The notes beneath the pieces were generated by a model. The model was not told the origin of the DNA and searched no databases. It saw nothing but the letters and a program-made list of their open reading frames with translations. A program made the position numbers and the translations under genes. A DNA stretch of 64,000 nucleotides from Nitrospinota bacterium (GTDB taxonomy: Bacteria; UBA8248), in NCBI GenBank assembly GCA_036231405.1, contig JAZAHK010000003.1, positions 32,001-96,000 of the forward strand. Reading direction: 5' to 3'. The stretch's first letter is position 1. Every line of letters starts with the position of its first letter. This document shows, one piece after another, positions 40,748-50,617 of the stretch.

Positions 40748-41830
40748 TTACAACCGGATTCCATTATCTATATCAAAAAAGTGCAACCCTTTAGGGTCAA
40801 AACCAAAACAAATCTCATCCCCTGCTTTAAATTTCCTATCGGCGTCAACTTTCCCCACGAGGAGATCTTCTGTCCCATACGAAAAGAAAACCAGAGTCTC
40901 ATCTCCAAGGGGCTCAATCAATTTCACTTTTGCCTTCGTCCCTTTTTCTCCAATAATAACGTGTTCAGAACGAACACCAAGACTAATTCTTTTTCCAATA
41001 ATCGAGACGGGAATTGAACTGTTTGGTAAGGAAACTTCAAAAAAATCAGACCTAAAAAGAGAAGTTTCAGAATTAGAGAAAGAACCTACTAAAATATTCA
41101 TAGTAGGTTGCCCAAAAAAAGTTGCCACAAATTGGTTCATAGGTTTTCTATATATCTCCAAAGGAGTGCCAACTTGTTGAATATATCCCTTTTCCATAAC
41201 CATAATTCGATCTGCCATAGTCATCGCCTCAGCCTGATCATGGGTCACGTAGAGGAAAGTAGATTTTAACTCCTCATGGAGTCGCTTAAGTTCAGTACGC
41301 ATCTCAATCCTTAATTTGGCATCTAGACTCGAAAGTGGCTCATCCATTAGTAGCACTTCCGGTTCATTTACAATTGTACGTGCTAGAGCAACCCTTTGAG
41401 CTTCACCACCTGAACACTGTGAAGGTTTCTTTTCAAGCAAATGGACGATTTTCATTGTTTCCGCAACGTTTTCAACCCTTTCTTTCACTTCTTTATCTGC
41501 AATGCGTCCGACATTCAATCCAAACGCTATGTTTTGGAAAACTGTCATGTGAGGGAATAATGCCAAATCTTGAAAAACCATACCCAAACCACGTTCTCCA
41601 GGATCAAGATCGTTAATGACCCGATCACCAATCATCAATGTTCCACTTGTAGGGCTTTCAAAACCGGATATCATATTAAGGGTCGTCGTTTTGCCACAAC
41701 CAGATGGGCCAACTAGAACCATAAACTCGCCATCTAAAACCTCCATATTCACACCTGCAACCGCAGTAACATTTGCTCCGAATTTCTTTACTAGGTTCTT
41801 TAAATTGATCGACGACAATACCCACTCCAT
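40748..41830 (-). CDS. Carbohydrate ABC transporter ATPase (MalK-like)
   Basis: GPSGCGKTT, SGGEAQR, LMDEP, VTHDQ and a TOBE domain. Confidence 0.95.
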   Translation of the reverse strand: MEWVLSSINLKNLVKKFGANVTAVAGVNMEVLDGEFMVLVGPSGCGKTTTLNMISGFESPTSGTLMIGDRVINDLDPGERGLGMVFQDLALFPHMTVFQNIAFGLNVGRIADKEVKERVENVAETMKIVHLLEKKPSQCSGGEAQRVALARTIVNEPEVLLMDEPLSSLDAKLRIEMRTELKRLHEELKSTFLYVTHDQAEAMTMADRIMVMEKGYIQQVGTPLEIYRKPMNQFVATFFGQPTMNILVGSFSNSETSLFRSDFFEVSLPNSSIPVSIIGKRISLGVRSEHVIIGEKGTKAKVKLIEPLGDETLVFFSYGTEDLLVGKVDADRKFKAGDEICFGFDPKGLHFFDIDNGIRL

Positions 41831-42042
41831 TGAAGACGAAAAAAATTCATTTTAGGAGTGAAAGAAGAGAAAACGTGCAATAAAAAACGAACTCCCAAAA
41901 CGCAAAGAGCAATCCCAGAAAACGCTTCATCTATTCATTCAGCAAAACGACAAATTTCAAAGGAGTAAAGACAATCCACTTTACTCTCGGGTTGTTTAAT
42001 TAATTATGATAGAAATCATAATACTCGAACAAGAACAATTTC

Positions 42043-42825
42043 TCAACTGGGTTCCCATCCTAACCTAATCTTTTCCGCTAGTTTCTCACTTAAAAATCTG
42101 TAAAAGATATCTCCCTGTTCAGCGGAAGCATTTGTAGCATCCCCCCAAGTACCAGAATCTGTATATTTCGACAAATTAAAAATGATGGTATGCACATCAG
42201 GATCACGAGAAATCTTCAGATAGTCTTCTGGAATGAAAGGAACACCAATTCTTTCCTTATTTATAAGATCTTCTTTATAAAACATCACAGCTGAAGATTC
42301 TTGTTCTCCTGCATGAGAACCCCAAGGGTCGGAAAGTGTTTCTCCAAGTTCCTGTTCGACTTTTTCTTTTAAATCTAAACTGTTTTGAATTCCAATCATA
42401 TCCACTACCATCAGTTGCAAATCTTCGCCATACTTGTGCTTTAGATCCTTAGCGGTTATATCAGATGGTGAGCTATTACCACCGTGAGCACTCAAAAAAA
42501 TAAATTTTTTCAACCCGTGTTTCATAAGAGATTCAACCATCTCAGTTACAAGACGTCTAAATGTATCAACACTCAGAGTCATACTTCCCGAAAAACTCAT
42601 GTGCTGTGGGGAATAACCGATGGTCAGTGGTGGGGCAACTAATGAATTAATAATTCGCGCAACCCTCATACTCATTTCTAGGGCAATAAAAGAATCAGTC
42701 CCAAGCGGTGCGTGTTTTCCGTGCTGTTCTGTCGCCCCCATAGGTAATACAACTGTGTCGATTCCAGAATCAATTTTTCCCTTCACATCAACCCAGTTCA
42801 TATACGGAATATATCTATCTCGCAT
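42043..42825 (-). CDS. Creatininase/creatinine amidohydrolase family protein
   Basis: GATEQHG.H.PLGTD, HGGN and HAGEQES motifs. Confidence 0.9.
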   Translation of the reverse strand: MRDRYIPYMNWVDVKGKIDSGIDTVVLPMGATEQHGKHAPLGTDSFIALEMSMRVARIINSLVAPPLTIGYSPQHMSFSGSMTLSVDTFRRLVTEMVESLMKHGLKKFIFLSAHGGNSSPSDITAKDLKHKYGEDLQLMVVDMIGIQNSLDLKEKVEQELGETLSDPWGSHAGEQESSAVMFYKEDLINKERIGVPFIPEDYLKISRDPDVHTIIFNLSKYTDSGTWGDATNASAEQGDIFYRFLSEKLAEKIRLGWEPS

Positions 42826-43181
42826 TCGATTACCTCCTCATACAAAACGAACCTAATATAGTTAATTTCTTTTAAATTGCTAGAAAAAACGAATCCCAGG
42901 TATCAATACTAACTGATAAAGGACCCCTCTCGAAGCGTAAGGAGAACTGGAAAAAAACACTACGCAACACAAGAGCTCGATTTAAATCTTTCTAAAAATT
43001 ACCTTGGAAATAATTTCATTATCGTTGAGCTAGAGTAAGAAGATTGCAAAAAAAAAACAAAAAATCAAGTATAAATTGATCAATAAAAGTTTCTTTTTTT
43101 TTAAATTTGTTAGAAAATAATTTCGTGTATGTTTCGATTATATTATCTATATGTGTTGAAAAATTATAGAATGAGAATTCA

Positions 43182-44138
43182 ATGTTTTACACACAAAAAA
43201 AAATTTTTTTTGCTCTTTTTTTTTCAATTTCCTTTTTGAGTCTGTATTCCCTTGCAGATTCTCGAAAAAAAAATTTTACAACTATGACCCTTTCTCCCAA
43301 TAAAAACGCGGACTTGAAATTAATTTTGCGGTGGCACAAAAAACAGAACAGATCAAATTGGAATATGAATTTCATTAAAACTAGAAATGCATTTTTTGTC
43401 CGTATACTAAGCGCATATCCCTCAGAGAAGAGCAAAAAAGTAATCCTTCTTTTTTCCGGTGGAGATGGAACTTCAAGTTTCGAAATCCAGGATTTAGAAT
43501 CCTCTAGTAAAAATTATAAATATAACAAATCAGTAAGACCTAGGAACAATTCTCTTTCAAGATCTGCCCACTTATTTGCTAACGAGGGATTTATTGCATC
43601 CAACGTAGACGTTCCAATTCCGCTCACTGAAAACACACTTATAGGAAACGATTCCTTCGGTATCGGAACGGATTTCAGAACAAGCAAAAACCATCTGATA
43701 GATGTACAGAACATAATTAAATTTCATAAAAAAAATGGGGCAAAAGAGTTCTTTTTAGCTGGAACTAGCAGAGGTTCTTATTCCATAGCCCACCTCGCAA
43801 CTCAAATCAATGATCCCTCCATTAAAGGATTCATTTTTACCTCAAGTATGGATGATATTGACATTATGGACTTATCAAAAATTAAAAAACCTATTTTGTT
43901 TGTCCATCATGAAGATGATGAATGCCATGTAACAACATACGGGTCTGCAACTTCCAATTATGAAACAATATCTTCACATTCTAAACATTTCCTTACTGTT
44001 TCAGGAGGAGACTCACCTATGGGAAGATCTTGTGGGGCTTTAGCTGAACACGGATTTATCGGTATTAATAAGGAGGTCGTAAAAAATATTGCATCATGGA
44101 TGAAAGGGAATAAAATTCCAAATCGAATCAGTGATTAA
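43182..44138 (+). CDS. Exported alpha/beta hydrolase
   Basis: Signal peptide, GTSRG nucleophile elbow, HH.DD.C and HGF. Confidence 0.75.
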   Translation: MFYTQKKIFFALFFSISFLSLYSLADSRKKNFTTMTLSPNKNADLKLILRWHKKQNRSNWNMNFIKTRNAFFVRILSAYPSEKSKKVILLFSGGDGTSSFEIQDLESSSKNYKYNKSVRPRNNSLSRSAHLFANEGFIASNVDVPIPLTENTLIGNDSFGIGTDFRTSKNHLIDVQNIIKFHKKNGAKEFFLAGTSRGSYSIAHLATQINDPSIKGFIFTSSMDDIDIMDLSKIKKPILFVHHEDDECHVTTYGSATSNYETISSHSKHFLTVSGGDSPMGRSCGALAEHGFIGINKEVVKNIASWMKGNKIPNRISD

Positions 44139-44237
44139 GTTATATAGCCTTTTTATGCCTAATGTGAGAAAATGGCGCACAAATTTTTATTGATTTTTAT
44201 CATTTTTCTCCTTCAGAAAAGATAAAAGGAAGAAGAG

Positions 44238-44855
44238 ATGACTGAGAAAACTATAGATTCCTTGCAAGAGTTAAGAGACTCTTTTGGCTTTCCCTCAGGA
44301 AGAGCTGCGGAAAAAGAAATGTCCTGTTTAGATAAACATGCCAGAGCCTTTATAGAATTGTCTCCTTTCTTAATTATCGCAACCGCGACAGAAACCGGTG
44401 CCGACGCTTCTCCAAAAGGGGATCCCCCTGGGTTTGTCAAAGTGCTCGGGGACAATCAAATATTCATTCCAGATAGACCTGGGAATAGCAGGGTAGATAC
44501 TATGAGAAACTTGTTAATCAACCCACAAATAGGAGTTATATTTCTCGTTCCGGGGATGAGCGAAACTCTTAGAGTTAACGGAAGAGCAAAAATTACTACT
44601 GATGATGATCTGCTATCTTCTTCTTCGGTAAAAGGGAAGACTCCAAAATGTGGGATTCTCGTGGAAATAGACGAAGTATATATGCATTGTGCTAAATCTA
44701 TTATACGTTCAAAACTTTGGGATTCGGAAAGTCAAATTGATAGAAAGACCTTCCCTTCTCTTGGTAAAATTTTCACTGACCAAATTGGCGGTGGTCTTAA
44801 TGCAAAAGAGGTGGACGAGGACATAGAAAATAAATACAAAGAGAGACTTTACTGA
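44238..44855 (+). CDS. PNPOx-like FMN-binding protein (MSMEG_1061-like)
   Basis: DASPKGDPPGFV, PDRPGN.R.D, ETLRVNG and HCAKS..RS.LW motifs. Confidence 0.88.
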   Translation: MTEKTIDSLQELRDSFGFPSGRAAEKEMSCLDKHARAFIELSPFLIIATATETGADASPKGDPPGFVKVLGDNQIFIPDRPGNSRVDTMRNLLINPQIGVIFLVPGMSETLRVNGRAKITTDDDLLSSSSVKGKTPKCGILVEIDEVYMHCAKSIIRSKLWDSESQIDRKTFPSLGKIFTDQIGGGLNAKEVDEDIENKYKERLY

Positions 44856-44917
44856 AAATTTAAAAAGCTACAGTTCAAAAATATAAAGAAATCCATTTCA
44901 TATACAAGACGTATAGC

Positions 44918-46039
44918 TTAGGGTCTAACAAGAACCTTCAAACATTCACTTGAACCCGTAATCTGAATTCCTTCTTCAATATTATCCAAAGTCATTTCAT
45001 GTGTAAAAATATCATCGATTGTCAAAACAGTCCTTAAGAGCATTTCTATTGCAGGTTCAAACTGTACCTGAGGATAAGCCCAAGAGCCTAGAATATCAAC
45101 ATCTTTATTGCAAACTTGATGCGGTCTTATTTCCACGCTACCTGGATCTCCATAATGTCCAACTTCCACTAATTTTCCACCACGTCTCACCAAATTCAGT
45201 CCTTCAGAAAATGCCGCAGGGACTCCCGCACATTCTAAAACTACATCTGGACCTACATTGTCAGTAAGAGATAAAATTCCTTCTTTTCTCTGTTCCTCAT
45301 CAGTTTCCGAAATATTTATTAGATCTGTTGCACCAAATTTTTCAGAAAAACTAAGCCTTTTTTTCGATGCGTCAACAGCAATGATTTTACCTACTCCCAT
45401 ACTTCTTAGCGTAGCCACTACAAGAAGCCCTATCGGGCCAACTCCCATTACAGCACAACGTACACCGATCCCTATTCCTTCACCCGCATTTGGAATGCCA
45501 GGAGATAGAGCCCTACTTACGGCTCTTTGCGCAACAGAAAGTGGCTCGCATAAAGTAGCTCTTTCAAGGGTGAGTTCTTCTGGAAGTTTCAGCACAAAGG
45601 AATTCCCCGGAATATACATATATTCAGAAAATGCACCAAATAGATGAGGAGAATCTTTGGATGTGCGAAATCCAAAAACTGTCCGATTTGGACACAATTG
45701 CGGTCTATGGGGAACGTGCACACAAAACCAACATTTCGAACAAGCCTGACTACCTGGTGTAACAGTGATTCGATCTCCCTCTTTCAGGATCCCTCCTACA
45801 ATTTTCATAGAATTATTCGCATTGTTTCCGATCTTTTCGATGATTCCACTAAATTCATGCCCAGGAATTAATGGCCAAGCAACATTCATCTTCCCTGTAT
45901 ACATATGTTTATCTGACCCACAAATTCCAACAGCTGCAACTTTCATTAAAATAGCATCATCTCCCACTTCTGGCTCAGGGAAATCTTTCAAAATAATTTG
46001 CCCAGGCTCAAGCATTTCTGCCGCAATTATTTTTGACAT
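44918..46039 (-). CDS. Zinc-binding (MDR) dehydrogenase
   Basis: GICGSD, PGHEF, CxxCxxC...C and GVGPIG motifs. Confidence 0.9.
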   Translation of the reverse strand: MSKIIAAEMLEPGQIILKDFPEPEVGDDAILMKVAAVGICGSDKHMYTGKMNVAWPLIPGHEFSGIIEKIGNNANNSMKIVGGILKEGDRITVTPGSQACSKCWFCVHVPHRPQLCPNRTVFGFRTSKDSPHLFGAFSEYMYIPGNSFVLKLPEELTLERATLCEPLSVAQRAVSRALSPGIPNAGEGIGIGVRCAVMGVGPIGLLVVATLRSMGVGKIIAVDASKKRLSFSEKFGATDLINISETDEEQRKEGILSLTDNVGPDVVLECAGVPAAFSEGLNLVRRGGKLVEVGHYGDPGSVEIRPHQVCNKDVDILGSWAYPQVQFEPAIEMLLRTVLTIDDIFTHEMTLDNIEEGIQITGSSECLKVLVRP

Positions 46040-46173
46040 AATTACACCCTCTTAATAAAAAGTCTGGCAAACAAAAACATTTGTTTGTCTTGCGATAAAT
46101 ATTCGATAAACGTAATCTAACCTATCTGTATGTTTTCCAATAGTTTAATTGTTAAAAATAAAGGGTTTGGACA

Positions 46174-47037
46174 TTGCTCGAAAAATGCCTTGGTATTTTT
46201 GGTCATCCGTTATCACATACCATGTCTCCGGTAATGCATAACACTTCTGCTAAAGAACTAGGACTTCCTTATAAATTCATGGCTTTTGACGTTAAGCCCA
46301 AAGACCTTGAAGAAGCGGTATTGGGAACAAGAGGGATGGGATTTTCAGGTTTATGCATTACCATCCCGCACAAAGTAGAAGTCTTCAAGCTTGTCGACAA
46401 AACTACTAAAGATGCAGAACTTATTGGCGCCGTTAATGTTGTGACTTTCTCAAAAAACGGAGAAATGACAGGTCATAACACAGACGGACTCGGTTGGGTG
46501 AAATCTCTTCAAGAGATCGGGGAAACCCCAAAAGGGAAAAAGTGTTTGATTCTAGGTGCCGGTGGGGCAGCAAGAGCTATTGCCGTTAAATTAGCACAAG
46601 AGAAAGCTAAACACATTTCAATAAGAAATCGTTCAATTAGTAAAGCAGAAGAGCTTGCCCAGTATATTACAAGTAGAATCCCAGGTTCGGCTGCAGATGG
46701 TGATGGTCTTCAATCTTTAGAAAAAGAAACTAATACTTTTGATCTTATTGTAAATACCACAAGCGTTGGAATGTCAGGGGAAGATACCAGAGAATCAACT
46801 TCTCTTATTGAAGAAAGTTGGATTTCGGAAAGAAATATTTGTTCTGACGCCGTTTACAATCCTTTAGAAACTATTTTTCTCCAAAATGCTAAAAGAAGAG
46901 GAGCAAAAACCCTCAGTGGATTAGGTTGGCTAATACATCAAGGCGCCCTTGCATGGAAACTTTGGACTGGAACTGAAATGCCAATCGTTGCTGTTAGAAA
47001 GGCTCTAATAGAAGAACTTACAAAAAATGAAATTTGA
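46174..47037 (+). CDS. aroE: Shikimate dehydrogenase family protein
   Basis: HTMSP.MHN, TIPHK, GAVN, NTDG and GAGGAA motifs. Confidence 0.88.
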   Translation: MLEKCLGIFGHPLSHTMSPVMHNTSAKELGLPYKFMAFDVKPKDLEEAVLGTRGMGFSGLCITIPHKVEVFKLVDKTTKDAELIGAVNVVTFSKNGEMTGHNTDGLGWVKSLQEIGETPKGKKCLILGAGGAARAIAVKLAQEKAKHISIRNRSISKAEELAQYITSRIPGSAADGDGLQSLEKETNTFDLIVNTTSVGMSGEDTRESTSLIEESWISERNICSDAVYNPLETIFLQNAKRRGAKTLSGLGWLIHQGALAWKLWTGTEMPIVAVRKALIEELTKNEI

Positions 47038-47071
47038 TCTAAAAAAATTTTAGTACTCAGGAGTTTAACAA

Positions 47072-48262
47072 ATGGTAATGCCTTTAGATCATATGCGAGT
47101 GATTGATTTGTCCAGAGTTTTAGCAGGTCCTTTTTGCACGATGATGCTAGGAGATATGGGAGCAGAAGTAATTAAAATAGAGAATCCTATCGGGGGTGAT
47201 GATACCAGGGGATGGCCTCCATTCTATGAAGGGGGTGAAAGTAGTTACTTTCAATCAGTAAATCGAAACAAAAAAAGCTTAACCTTAGATCTGAAATCAG
47301 AAAAAGGGAAAAGAATTCTTGCTGAGTTAATAAAAAAATCTGATGTTTTGATCCAAAACTTTAGACCCGGAGCGATTGAAAGACTCGGATTCGGTTGGGA
47401 AGAATGTAAAAAAATGAATCCGCGACTTATCTATTCTTCTGTTTCTGGATACGGACAAAATGGGCCCTCTCGAGAGAGACCTGCCTACGACATCCTTCTT
47501 CAAGGAGAAGGCGGCCTTATGAGTATCACTGGACCTTCTGATGGTTCAGGCTATAAGACGGGTATTGCAATAGCGGATCTTACTACTGCACTCTTTACCA
47601 TTCAGGGAATATTACTTGCGATTATTTCAAGAGAAAAAACAGGGATTGGACAAGAAATTGATGTCTCGATCCAAGATGGACAAGCTGCATTAATGAGCCA
47701 TGCCGCAGGAAATTTCTTCGCTACTTCAGTCCCCCCCGGAAGACTGGGGAATCAACATCCAAGTATTGCACCTTATCGAGATTTTAGTTGTTCTGATGGC
47801 AAACTTATTGTTGCGGCAGCGAATGACAGTCTGTGGAAACGTTTTGCTAGTGCAATCGGGAGAGAAGACCTTGCTAGTGATAGTTCATGGGGGGAAAATG
47901 CAGATAGAGTAAAAGGACGAAAGAACTTAGACGAAGAAATAGAAAAAACGATGAAAGAAAAATCCCGCGCAGAATGGGAAGGAATTATTTCAGAAGCAGG
48001 AGTTCCATGTGGCCCAATTAGGAATATTCAAGAACTTACAGAAGACCCACAAATCAAACACCGTGAGATGATAGTCGAAATTGAACACGCAAAAACTGGA
48101 ATTCTCAAAATGATGGGGATACCAATTAAATTATCCGATACCCCAGGGAAAGTATTGCTCCCACCTCCACTACTGGGAGAACATACAGATGCAATTCTCA
48201 CTGAGATTGTAAAAATTTCACAATCTGAAATACATTCTCTTCGAGAGAAAAAAGTAATATAG
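47072..48262 (+). CDS. CaiB/BaiF family III CoA-transferase
   Basis: DLSRVLAGP, NRNKKS, NFRPG, SGYGQ.GP and PPLLGEHT motifs. Confidence 0.93.
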   Translation: MVMPLDHMRVIDLSRVLAGPFCTMMLGDMGAEVIKIENPIGGDDTRGWPPFYEGGESSYFQSVNRNKKSLTLDLKSEKGKRILAELIKKSDVLIQNFRPGAIERLGFGWEECKKMNPRLIYSSVSGYGQNGPSRERPAYDILLQGEGGLMSITGPSDGSGYKTGIAIADLTTALFTIQGILLAIISREKTGIGQEIDVSIQDGQAALMSHAAGNFFATSVPPGRLGNQHPSIAPYRDFSCSDGKLIVAAANDSLWKRFASAIGREDLASDSSWGENADRVKGRKNLDEEIEKTMKEKSRAEWEGIISEAGVPCGPIRNIQELTEDPQIKHREMIVEIEHAKTGILKMMGIPIKLSDTPGKVLLPPPLLGEHTDAILTEIVKISQSEIHSLREKKVI

Positions 48263-48345
48263 AAGCTTCGAAAAACATTTAATATGTATTTGTATCGTTT
48301 TTAATTGTATAATTCGAAAAGAAAACTCAAAGAGGGCTGTAAAAA

Positions 48346-49332
48346 CTGAGACCAGTCACGTATTCATATAATTTTACACTTCCAATAACGAGTTGGTGTT
48401 TAAACCGATGTGCTTACTGCGCTTTCAGAACAGACGCTCCTATCCTTCTCTCAATTAATGAATGTGAAGAGTTGGGTGAAAAAGCATTTAAAGAAGGTGT
48501 TATTGAAGCTTTAGTAATGACCGGAGAGGGAATAGACAAACATCCCTTAATGAAAAAACAGTTACAGGACTGGGGATTCAATTCATATGCATCTTATACT
48601 GCCGAAATATGTAAAAGATACTTAAATATAGGCTTACTTCCTCATACGAACATTGGCACTTTGGAAGAAAAAGAATTAGAAATTCTTAAGCCCTATAACG
48701 TGTCAATGGGAATGATGGTCGAAACAACGAGCAAAAAAGCAACAAAAATTGCACACTCTGCTGCTCCAACGAAAAAACCATCTGCCAGATTATCTTCACT
48801 AAAAGCAGCTGGAAAATTAAAAATCCCGTTTACTACCGGAATCTTAATCGGAATTGGTGAGAGTTATGAAGATAGACTTGAAACACTAGAGTCTATAGGA
48901 GAAATTCAATCTGAATATGGGCATATTCAGGAAGTTATTTTACAACCCCTGAATCCCCAAGAAGGAACACCGATGGCAAATTGGGAAAAACCAAACGACG
49001 AAAAGATTCAAGAGCTAATCCCTTTTGTAAAAGATATAATGCCAGAAGTTCATATTCAAATACCTCCTAATTTAGTTGACAATCTTTTTTCATTAATAGA
49101 AGCTGGAGTTGATGATTTGGGAGGAATAGCACCAGAACCAGATCATATAAACCCTAACAAAGATTGGCCAAATTTAAGCTCTTTAGAGAGAGAACTTAAG
49201 CATCGCGATATAGAATTAAGACTAAGAATGCCTGTGTACGACGAGTACATAAAGGGGGGTTGGTGTCCAGAACCTACTCTCGAAACATTGAATAACATGC
49301 TTAGCAAACATGGTTCACCAGTTCTAACTTAA
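48346..49332 (+). CDS. cofG: FO synthase subunit CofG; true start is probably CTG at 48346
   Basis: In-frame VTYSYN..CLNRCAYC radical SAM motif lies upstream of the called ORF; LLPHTN.G, FTTGILIGIGE, GHIQEVI.Q, QIPPNL and DHINP...WP motifs. Confidence 0.9.
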   Translation: MRPVTYSYNFTLPITSWCLNRCAYCAFRTDAPILLSINECEELGEKAFKEGVIEALVMTGEGIDKHPLMKKQLQDWGFNSYASYTAEICKRYLNIGLLPHTNIGTLEEKELEILKPYNVSMGMMVETTSKKATKIAHSAAPTKKPSARLSSLKAAGKLKIPFTTGILIGIGESYEDRLETLESIGEIQSEYGHIQEVILQPLNPQEGTPMANWEKPNDEKIQELIPFVKDIMPEVHIQIPPNLVDNLFSLIEAGVDDLGGIAPEPDHINPNKDWPNLSSLERELKHRDIELRLRMPVYDEYIKGGWCPEPTLETLNNMLSKHGSPVLT

Positions 49333-49343
49333 GAGAAACTAAG

Positions 49344-50564
49344 ATGGAAAATCAAACAAAAGAGATACTAGACGGAATTGAGGAAGGAGAAGAACTCTCT
49401 TCTGAGGATGCTGTTATACTGTTTGATGATAAAACTAGATCTGCTATTGAAAGGATATATCACCTTGCAGATTTAGAAAGAAAAAAATCTGTAGGAGAAA
49501 AAGTAAGTTATATAATTAACGCAAACGTAAATTTTACAAATATTTGCTATACCGACTGCAAATACTGCGGTTTTTGGCGAAAACCTAACGATAAAGACGC
49601 CTATACCCATAACGACGATATACTCTCTGAAAAATTCGAGAGATCTAGAGATTTCGGTGTTACTGAAATTTGCATGCAAGGGGGGCTAAATCCAGATATT
49701 TCTCTAGATCGATACGAAGAGGTTCTTCGACTCGCAAAAAAAATAATTCCTAAGGTACACCTGCATGCATACTCCCCTGCAGAAATTGACCATGTACAAC
49801 GAAAGACGAGATTACCTCTTGAAAATATACTCAAAAGACTTAAAGAGGCAGGTCTTAGTTCCATTCCTGGTACTGCAGCAGAAATTCTGGTTGAAAGGGT
49901 AAAGAAAAAAATTAGCCCTGGAAGAATATCCGTACAACGATGGTGTGAGATAATTCAAACAGCACATACAGTTGGAATTCCCACGACTTCTACAATAATG
50001 TATGGACATATAGAAGAAACAAAAGATCTTGTCGAACATATGAAAATTCTGCGTGATATCCAGTCACAAAATATGAACGATAAATCAAAAACTGGCTTTA
50101 CAGAATTCGTACCTCTCCCTTTCATTCCCTATGACAACAAAATGGGCAAAGAATTTAAAATAACTGAAATGGCAAGTATGGATTACGTTTACAAACTTCA
50201 TTCTATTGCACGATTATACTTCAAAAATCATATAAAAAATATTCAAGTTTCTTGGCCAAAAATTGGCCTAGATGCTGCAAAACATTCTCTAAATTTAGGA
50301 GTCAATGACCTAGGAGGTACCTTAATAGAAGAGAATATAAGTCGCGAATCCGGTTCAGAATATGGGCAAAGTTTGACACCTCAAGAATTTAATGAAGCAA
50401 TTCTTTCCGCTGGAAAGATCCCCGTTCAAAGAACGACGAACTACGAACTCATTGAACAAAATGATCCTGATTTCAGGCACCCAAAAGAGAATGACTATTT
50501 AGTTTTAGGAAAGGGAGCACAGTCTGGATCAAAAAACTCCAACCCACTGACAACACTAAATTAA
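49344..50564 (+). CDS. cofH: FO synthase subunit CofH
   Basis: NFTNICYTDCKYC, PGTAAEIL, TIMYGHIE, NIQVSW.K.G and NDLGGTLIEENISR motifs. Confidence 0.93.
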   Translation: MENQTKEILDGIEEGEELSSEDAVILFDDKTRSAIERIYHLADLERKKSVGEKVSYIINANVNFTNICYTDCKYCGFWRKPNDKDAYTHNDDILSEKFERSRDFGVTEICMQGGLNPDISLDRYEEVLRLAKKIIPKVHLHAYSPAEIDHVQRKTRLPLENILKRLKEAGLSSIPGTAAEILVERVKKKISPGRISVQRWCEIIQTAHTVGIPTTSTIMYGHIEETKDLVEHMKILRDIQSQNMNDKSKTGFTEFVPLPFIPYDNKMGKEFKITEMASMDYVYKLHSIARLYFKNHIKNIQVSWPKIGLDAAKHSLNLGVNDLGGTLIEENISRESGSEYGQSLTPQEFNEAILSAGKIPVQRTTNYELIEQNDPDFRHPKENDYLVLGKGAQSGSKNSNPLTTLN

Positions 50565-50617
50565 ACAGAAAAGACTCTTGCATAGATTCGCTTCTATTAT
50601 TAAGAAAGAAAATTTAC

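Noticed and set aside
42043-42825. Mycofactocin peptidase MftE
   Set aside because: Creatininase fold only; no mftA precursor or mftB/C/D/F in the window
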